Positions 57,609 through 64,000 of a stretch of 64,000 nt of DNA are shown piece by piece. This stretch comes from Naegleria gruberi (Eukaryota). Position 1 is the first letter of the stretch. Every line of letters starts with the position of its first letter. The stretch is from the NCBI GenBank assembly GCA_000004985.1, contig GG738854.1, one strand, 5' to 3'. The notes under the pieces are model-generated. The model searched no databases and was not told the DNA's origin. It saw nothing but the letters and a program-made list of their open reading frames with translations. The position numbers and the translations under genes were made by a program.

Positions 57609-57867
57609 ATGTCTGCAACAACAACAAAGAATAATAATACCTACAAATGCCAATCGATGGATGAATTTATATCTAAAACCGAAGCACTTTTTAATCAATT
57701 TCCAAATGATACACGATATGTTATGAAATTTAGTAATAAGAAAGGAAAAATGAGCTTAAAAACCACTAATGACACCTATGTTGTAAAATATTGTACAGAT
57801 CAAGCTTCCGATTTGCAACATCTTGAGAAATTAAACAATTTTGTAATGACAGTGACGACATCAAAGA
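57609..57867 (+). CDS. srp9: Signal recognition particle 9 kDa subunit (SRP9). A short 3' micro-exon (57926-57951) is possible.
   Basis: MSATTTKNNNTYKCQSMDEFISKTEALFNQFPNDTRYVMKFSNKKGKMSLKTTNDTYVVKYCTDQASDLQHLEKLNNFVM matches SRP9 (human ...WEEFSRAAEKLY..DP.K.R.V.KY....G.L..KVTDD..CL.YKTDQAQDVKKIEKF...LM). The real ATG is at 57609; the track start at 57582 is TTG. GTAAGT at 57868. Either read-through to TAA 57888-57890 (...SKLLENY*), or a 58-nt intron to acceptor AG 57925 gives ...TTSK-N-EELKAKK*. Confidence 0.75.
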
Positions 57868-58175
57868 GTAAGTTATTGGAAAATTATTGATGGATTATTA
57901 ATATGAATTTTATTCTCATCATCAGACGAGGAATTAAAAGCAAAGAAATAAATAAATTTACTAATTTAATCAGCATGAATAACACAACATCTATGCATAT
58001 TACAACAATAACATCATCAATAATATGAGTAAAGAAATGAATTTCATCATCACACAATTTTGTCTAGATAAGAAAAAGGCTTGATTTGGTGAAAAAAGGC
58101 TTTAAAAAAATTATCATCATTTAACAAGAGAATTTTCTTCATCATCAACAACAACATTATACTATTATTGATAAT

Positions 58176-59534
58176 ATGAATCGATTATTCTCTGGAGGAG
58201 GAAGACATTTTTCTCGTGCTGTTATTTACAGTGCAACATTATCATTTGTTGGAATTAACTTTTTCACCTTTTCTCATTATATTAAACATTCCTATTGGGA
58301 TAATTTACATACTTCTCCTGCACCATCAAGTGGACAATATATGCAACCACCTGAAGAAATTACAAATTCAAGCAAGGAAGAAAAATTATTCTATACATTA
58401 AAATCTAATCAATCATCATCATCTAATGGAACGAAAAAATTAATCATCTTCCTTCCTGATATTGTTGAAACAAGAGAAGTTTTCCAAGATTTGGAATATC
58501 AAATGTTACATAATCCACAAGTTAACGATCAACAAATTTATTCATTAAGATATGATAGATTTGGATATGGATATAGTAATGTTGTAAAAGGACCAAGACA
58601 TTTACATAATATGAGTATTGAATTACATACACTTATTGAACATGTTTTAAAGAATAATATTGAATTGAATGAAAATGAAAAACTTGAAATTTCACTTGTA
58701 GGTCATGGATTTGGAGCAATGTTAGCAAGAATGTATTTGTATAAATTTTCAAATACTTTTGAAAGTGAATTTAAAAATGTCAAAATTGCAAAGAATATAT
58801 TAATTTCACCACTTCATGAAAGATTTATTCAATTTTCACCATTCTATGTGGATTATCTTGTTGACTGGAAATCAAGAGGTTTTATTAATAGACTTTTATC
58901 ATTCCACGGTTTTATGGAATGGTTATTTAAATTTAATCCAAGATTTTCTTTAAAGGATGAAGTTATTTATCCATTTATGGAAACTATTGCAGATGATGTA
59001 CCAACAACAACTTGGAATGTTAAATATAATGGAACTGAAGGATCAACAGATTATGATGATGATCATTTAATTTCTAAAGATGAAGCTAAGAAGAGATTGG
59101 AATTTCATATGAGAAATGATAATTTATGGAAAACTGTTAGAAATGAAACAAATTTATTCAAGAGATCATGTGTACAATTGAATGATTGTCGTAAGAGTGC
59201 AGAGCCACACTATAAACAACAAGAACAATCAGCATCAGCAGCAACAGAACAACAACAACCAGAAGAAGCTAACACTACACAACCAATTAATACTTCCAAT
59301 ATTGATGTTCTAGTTGTTGATGTCGATCATTCAAGAGATGACGAACTTGGCAGAAAGGGAGTTAAAGTTTTCTTTGATAAGAATAGTGAATTTTCACAAG
59401 TTGATTATCTCAACGATCTTGTTGAAGGATATTCTAATAAGAGTAAGGTTATTTCACTCAATAATTATAATCACTACTCTGTATTGAATACACCTGCTCT
59501 TGCACAAACTGTAATTAACTTCCTCAAACAATAA
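58176..59534 (+). CDS. Alpha/beta-hydrolase-fold protein with N-terminal hydrophobic anchor. The nucleophile-elbow Ser is replaced by Gly (GHGFG); likely a pseudo-hydrolase.
   Basis: Typical a/b-hydrolase order: LIIFLPD..., RYDRFGYGYS (D.RG.G.S-like), then elbow LVGHGFGAMLA at 58695-58727 where GHSxG is expected. N-terminal AVIYSATLSFVGINFFTF hydrophobic segment. ATG at 58176, TAA at 59535-59537. Confidence 0.75.
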   Translation: MNRLFSGGGRHFSRAVIYSATLSFVGINFFTFSHYIKHSYWDNLHTSPAPSSGQYMQPPEEITNSSKEEKLFYTLKSNQSSSSNGTKKLIIFLPDIVETREVFQDLEYQMLHNPQVNDQQIYSLRYDRFGYGYSNVVKGPRHLHNMSIELHTLIEHVLKNNIELNENEKLEISLVGHGFGAMLARMYLYKFSNTFESEFKNVKIAKNILISPLHERFIQFSPFYVDYLVDWKSRGFINRLLSFHGFMEWLFKFNPRFSLKDEVIYPFMETIADDVPTTTWNVKYNGTEGSTDYDDDHLISKDEAKKRLEFHMRNDNLWKTVRNETNLFKRSCVQLNDCRKSAEPHYKQQEQSASAATEQQQPEEANTTQPINTSNIDVLVVDVDHSRDDELGRKGVKVFFDKNSEFSQVDYLNDLVEGYSNKSKVISLNNYNHYSVLNTPALAQTVINFLKQ

Positions 59535-60060
59535 ATAATGGAATATTTTACAACAGTACAAAGTATTCATTGTACCTTCATCTTCACTTATTCAGATCCT
59601 ATAGTGAGATGGTGGATATCAAAGTATCTGTTTTCCCAGAATAATAATGTTAAGGATGATAATTTATCTATATTTATTATCCTTTCAATAAGTCAAAAAG
59701 TACAATTCCGTAAATCTTTGCATTGTCTTTTGTTAAACCTTAATGTTTTTTGGAAAAATGCAACTACTATGAAAGATATGAAATATTACTTCAAATCCAC
59801 AGATAATGGATGGATCTTGTGTAACCTACCAATCACAAGCCTGTCTCCCAAAAAAATTATCAATGAGTTGGGCCAATTAGACAATTAGCATAATAGCTCT
59901 TTCTTCTTCTGAACTCTCTTGTCTTATTATCAGTGAAACTCTAAAGGCAACTCTAATTTTCTATAGAAAAATAGTTTAAAAAAATGGATCCACATGGCTC
60001 TTTTGTTTCATCCGAAACTTCCTTAACATCCTTCATCATCACCATTTAAAGATAAATGGT

Positions 60061-60261
60061 TCATTTGTTAAGATTTATATTACTCAATTTGTTTGTAATA
60101 TGTTGTAAAACATAACTGTCATCCTTTTCAAGACGTTTCACACTTGTCTTCTTTCTTGTTTTGTGTTGCTTGTCAATTCCATTCTTTTTTCTCTCCTCCT
60201 TTTCTCTTTCCATCTTTGCCATTAATTCCCTATATGCTGGACAAGTATCATAATACTCCAT
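60061..60261 (-). CDS. Small basic K/R/E-rich hypothetical protein (about 66 aa from the ATG)
   Basis: MEYYDTCPAYRELMAKMEREKEERKKNGIDKQHKTRKKTSVKRLEKDD... The track start at 60273 is TTG; the first ATG is at 60259-60261. No family recognised. The local sequence is less AT-rich than neighbouring genes. Confidence 0.35.
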   Translation of the reverse strand: MEYYDTCPAYRELMAKMEREKEERKKNGIDKQHKTRKKTSVKRLEKDDSYVLQHITNKLSNINLNK

Positions 60262-61715
60262 TTTCCTGCTCAATCATAGTGGGCAATATTACTTAGTAAG
60301 CATTCAAAAATTTTGGAATGTCAAAGAGAGGTGAGAGGTTTAATTTTCAAACTCCTTCCAGAGGAACCAATTTTTCCTAACAAGTTAATTGTTGTGATTT
60401 GTAATGAGCTTGTTTATCATTTTCATATTGAAGTCAGTTTTAAAAGAGATGTTATTGTAAGAGTTTATAATGTACTCAATATCCATAACGTGACGGACTT
60501 ACAACGAATTATATCTAATTTTTACTTGGTTTCAAAACCATTCTGCCAAGATTTTGAAACATATATTGATGATTGTTTTTTCAAATTTCGGAACCATCTC
60601 AGAGAGTGTTTCACCATTATTCAAGTTGATTAGTTAGCTTCCTATTATTAAGATAAATATTGAATTTTATAGATTATTCATAATAGAAATATTGAAGTAA
60701 TTGTCAAGTTCTATGAAATTACAGATTCGAATACACAATACATTTTAAAATCTCATTCTTTCCCACAACAATTGAATATCATATTTGTTGTATCAAAATA
60801 AATATTACCCACTTACCTACTCAACTACAGTTCACTACAACTATTTCTAATGAGGACACAGATCCGCAGTAAGCGCACTGTCACAACAATCATCGCCACA
60901 TGAAATTTCCTTTTGTTGCTTCTTTAAATTACAATGCAATACAAAAGAAACTTCATACAATGTATTCGAAACAATGTCTAGACAAGCTTTTTTTTACTCT
61001 GTTTCAGTTTTTAATTAATTAAATAGTCAATTCCTAAATGTGTTCACAAAAGCTAAACTTGTCGAAACAGTGCCGGTGAATTTCGCTAACGTGCATGACA
61101 AGTAACACATTCAGACAATTTAATGAAGTTGTTTCATTTTGTGATTTAATCCAATTGATTAAAGCTTGCAGTTTAATATGAACCATCCACAGACCAAAAA
61201 ACCGTATTACTGCCAATACGTCAAATTTCAAATGGTCTCTTCATTTGAAAATACTTAAAAGTAATGTTGCCGTGATATGAAATCTTGTTATGGCTTATTT
61301 TGCTTTCGTACAGCCAGGACTTTAAGGGAAGTTAAGAATACTAGTGATATGCAATTAAAAGCTGTTGGTCGGTTGTTGCTGTTGGAGCCTTGACACATTT
61401 CGCACCGGTTTCAAGTTGGTATTGATTCGTATAAAAAAAACTATTCGAAACAGTTCTGCACCGAATCACTCTCTCGGTAGAAACACTCAGTCACCACGTT
61501 GAAAAAGCGAAATCTTTGGTAACATTATTGTTCATCATTGAAATGCCAACTACATGTCCTTATCATTATCTTACTCATCTAAAAGTTTGTAATCTTTACT
61601 GTTTTTATTAAATAATTAACAATCAATTACACAAATACCAACTATCCATTCTCAAAAATAGTGCAATCAAGATGTTTGTGTTATTCGAAAGGCTTACCCA
61701 AATGACTCTGAAATT

Positions 61716-62875
61716 ATGGAACAACAATACTTTTTTCTCTTGAAAGAAATATATGAGAGAAATATTCCACAACGATCCCAAATGAATTCCATTCTGAGAG
61801 ATAAATTCCTTCAACATGCTCCAAATTCAATGTTGGCACTCGTTGAATCAGTGAAGGAAATGAATGAATGTGGTATTAATGTTAAAGATGTTCCAAAGAG
61901 ATCTGTATTGGCTTGTGAAATATTAGATATTACCAATGTTAATACCCTCATTTCTAATACCAAAGAAGTGGCTTCAAATCTTCATCATGTAATAACAATA
62001 CCAACAACAAATACAAATTGTTGTTGTAGTAATAGTGCAGATGAGAAATGTGCATGTAATGGTCATCATACAACAACAACAATATCAAATATGCCCAATA
62101 ATCATTGCACATCATCTAACTATCAAAATGGTAGTTGTAATCTATCGTCGCCTACTTCTCCTTTTGGAGCATGTTTTACATCAAAGTTTACTTTACAAAA
62201 GAAGAGAATTCCAAAAAGATCATCACCTCCAACCATACAATCCTCATCAACTGCTACATGTTCCTCAACTAACATGCCATTCACAAGCTACTATAACAGT
62301 GGGGCTGTGTATTTTGATCAACCAACAACTCAAATTTCAGAACAAAATCTGAAGAGAAAGCATTCGAATGTGAATGTCATGCAACATGAAACTTTGATTC
62401 CAAGAACATGCAAAGTAAGAACATTGAATCAACCAACACAACAAGTATCACCACCTCCACCTCCACAACCACAACAATATATATGTATCAGTTTCATGCA
62501 ATTGGTTCACCTCAATCACCTTCAACATGTTCCTCTTCTAATACTAACAACACATTTGAATATAATAATCAGCAGCAGCAACAACAGCACGATTCAAAGA
62601 AGAGAAAGATTGTTGATACATCATTCCACCTCTCCACCCAATATTCCACAACTGCACACAGTTCTTCCTATGTTTTAGTACCAAATTCGTCACCTCCTCC
62701 ACCTGTATATTATCCTTCTCCTCCAAATACTCCTAATACTCCACCTCCTCCTCCTACCAACTCATTCTCATCATTCAACACTTGTTTATCATTACCCTCA
62801 CCAACTCTATCACCATGTAAATTACCTCCAATAAGAGATTTACTCAACTCTCTGCAGTATCCTTCCTCAATATAA
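61716..62875 (+). CDS. Ser/Thr/Pro/Gln-rich low-complexity protein with a KKRK basic cluster (possible NLS). The reading frame changes around 62410-62575 (intron or frameshift).
   Basis: ATG at 61716. The frame-0 ORF runs to 62678. A frame-2 ORF (62408-62875) overlaps it, carries QQQQQQHDSKKRKIVD and a PPPP-rich tail, and ends in TAA. A GTAAGA donor at 62415 and acceptor ...tataataatcag at 62572 (158 nt) would join the two frames exactly: ...IPRTCK|QQQQQHDSKKRK.... Confidence 0.45.
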
Positions 62876-63016
62876 AGTCCCTCAAAATTTCTTTTTAAAA
62901 TAAATTTTAATTCTTCTTCTTATTAAATCGGAGTAATTTCCTATTAGGAATGAATGTTGTGATGATATTAGCAAAGGTCAAAACAAGGCTTTGAAATTTT
63001 AATTTTTATAAAAAAA

Positions 63017-64000
63017 ATGGGACAATCACAAGGTTCCCTCCCACCAGAGTTTGAACAATCACTCGGAAGAGTGTTACATTTTGATGATCAATTGTTGATG
63101 GAAACATGTCCTAATGTTGAACAACAATTTGATATTTTACATGATATTGTACTCTCGTTATATGATCATTCGCAATTTAAACATTTTATACAAACACGAA
63201 TAGATGCTCTAGTATTAAAACATTTAGGAAGAATTTTGTGTTTTCTTGTTAATATTCACAAAGAATTAATGGAACAAGAACAACAAATTTTATACAAGAA
63301 ACAAACAAGTTTAACTTTAGAAATTGAAAAAGTTATTATATGTATATATGAAATGGCAGTACATTTTCTATCAAATCCATTCTTGTATCAATCATTAGCA
63401 CTTAATTTATTACAAGGAGAAAAGAATTCTCAAGAAAAGGAACAAGTGTATAGTTATTATATCGATCCTGGATTTTATTTCCTTTCTAAAGCAAATATTA
63501 TAGAACAAGTTTTAAGATTTTTGAAGGAATTAACAATTGGAGGACCAAGTAGACACTTGTTTTTAGAACCACAAACACCAACAACTGATGTAAATGGACA
63601 ACAAGATCAAAAAATTACAGAACAACGAAAACAAGATTTTATTGGATCTATTATGGAAATTCAACAACAATTTGCTTTAAAATCTAGAGGGTGAGTATTT
63701 TACAATGTAATTGAATTCTCATCAAATATAGATTTGAATTAATGTACACAATTTTGGAATTTTATGTTCATGATAAGGCAAAGAAGCAAAAGAAACACAT
63801 AACAAAACAAGTACTTGCTAAAATTATATTAACTGTCTTGGATATTTCTAAAAATATACTTGATAATGAAAATTCTACTGTTGCAAAAGCCTTTATTTCT
63901 ATTTTTGGACTTGATGCGGATAGGGACATTGCTATACGGAAGAGATTTTGTCATAATTTATTATTCTTATGTCAAATTACCCAACCAAATATTCAAATAC
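63017..64000 (+). CDS. Hypothetical protein with N-terminal MGxxxS myristoylation-type motif; at least 2 exons, continues beyond window end
   Basis: ATG at 63017, MGQSQGSLPPEF.... Exon 1 ends in phase 2 at 63690 before GTGAGT. The only frame-compatible acceptor is ...tcatcaaatatag at 63731, giving a 41-nt intron. Exon 2 is open from 63732 to the window end (…FELMYTILEFYVHDKAKKQKKHITKQVLAKIILTVLD...). Confidence 0.55.

Noticed and set aside
57429-57726. Overlapping 89-aa (-) and 66-aa (+) ORFs
   Set aside because: They span the MED20/SRP9 divergent promoter and the first codons of each gene; both are out of frame.
58216-58401. 61-aa + strand ORF
   Set aside because: Alternative frame inside the hydrolase CDS.
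59538-59888. 116-aa + ORF starting right after the hydrolase stop
   Set aside because: Atypical codon usage for this genome (CTG, CAG, CCC, GGC), ends with TAG, and sits where a 3'UTR is expected. Probably non-coding.
60313-60633. 106-aa + ORF (MECQREVRG...)
   Set aside because: No ATG anywhere in the frame (the start is TTG). It is only 50 bp from the divergent small basic ORF. It could be an internal exon, but I cannot build a supported gene model.
60811-60900. ACTTACCT box about 50 nt downstream of a CCCACAA element; considered as a U1 snRNA gene
   Set aside because: No U1 stem-loop I, no U1-70K loop (GAUCACGAAGG) and no Sm site (AUUUGUGG) follow it. The similarity is limited to the 8-mer.
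61034-61817. Two short - strand ORFs (61034-61231, 61623-61817)
   Set aside because: They lie in the GC-richer non-coding segment, or are antisense to the 5' end of the 61716 gene. No motifs.
62035-62726. Antisense and alternate-frame ORFs inside the 61716-62875 gene
   Set aside because: These are a consequence of C/T-rich low-complexity sequence lacking stops in several frames.
44465-64000. Search for CRISPR arrays, operons, toxin-antitoxin or other prokaryotic defence architecture
   Set aside because: The sequence is clearly eukaryotic (spliceosomal introns, Pol III tRNA gene, a PTS1-tagged and several multi-exon genes). No direct-repeat/spacer arrays or compact co-directional gene cassettes are present.

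Overview
Only about 18.7 kb of this 64 kb window is readable. Positions 1-44464 and 46189-47078 are N and carry no information. The readable parts (44465-46188, 47079-64000) are AT-rich eukaryotic nuclear DNA. It looks like a dictyostelid-type amoebozoan genome: poly-Asn/Thr/Gln tracts, TAA stops, short AT-rich GTAAGT/GTATGT...AG introns, A/T-rich codon third positions. There is nothing prokaryotic here: no CRISPR, no operons, no defence-island architecture. So I describe eukaryotic genes and hunt for unusual gene structures instead. In order, I can support: a two-exon ACBP (acyl-CoA-binding) domain, most likely spliced onto a peroxisomal 2,4-dienoyl-CoA-reductase-type SDR ending in -SKL; the 3' end of an unidentified + strand gene leaving the gap; a three-exon DYRK-like CMGC kinase (- strand) whose first exon encodes an acidic LisH-like N-terminus and whose promoter carries two palindromic E2F-type sites; a tRNA-His(GTG) with a Pol III T-run; an Ariadne-type RBR E3 ligase with an N-terminal CUE-like motif (2 exons); a TLC/Lag1 ceramide synthase; MED20 and SRP9 on a shared bidirectional promoter; an alpha/beta-hydrolase whose nucleophile Ser is Gly; several low-complexity hypothetical proteins; and a myristoylation-motif protein running off the window end. 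The ORF track uses alternative (TTG/GTG) starts, so several listed 'M' starts are not ATG. I used this to redefine gene boundaries. All domain calls are by-eye comparison with remembered family sequences; no searches were run.
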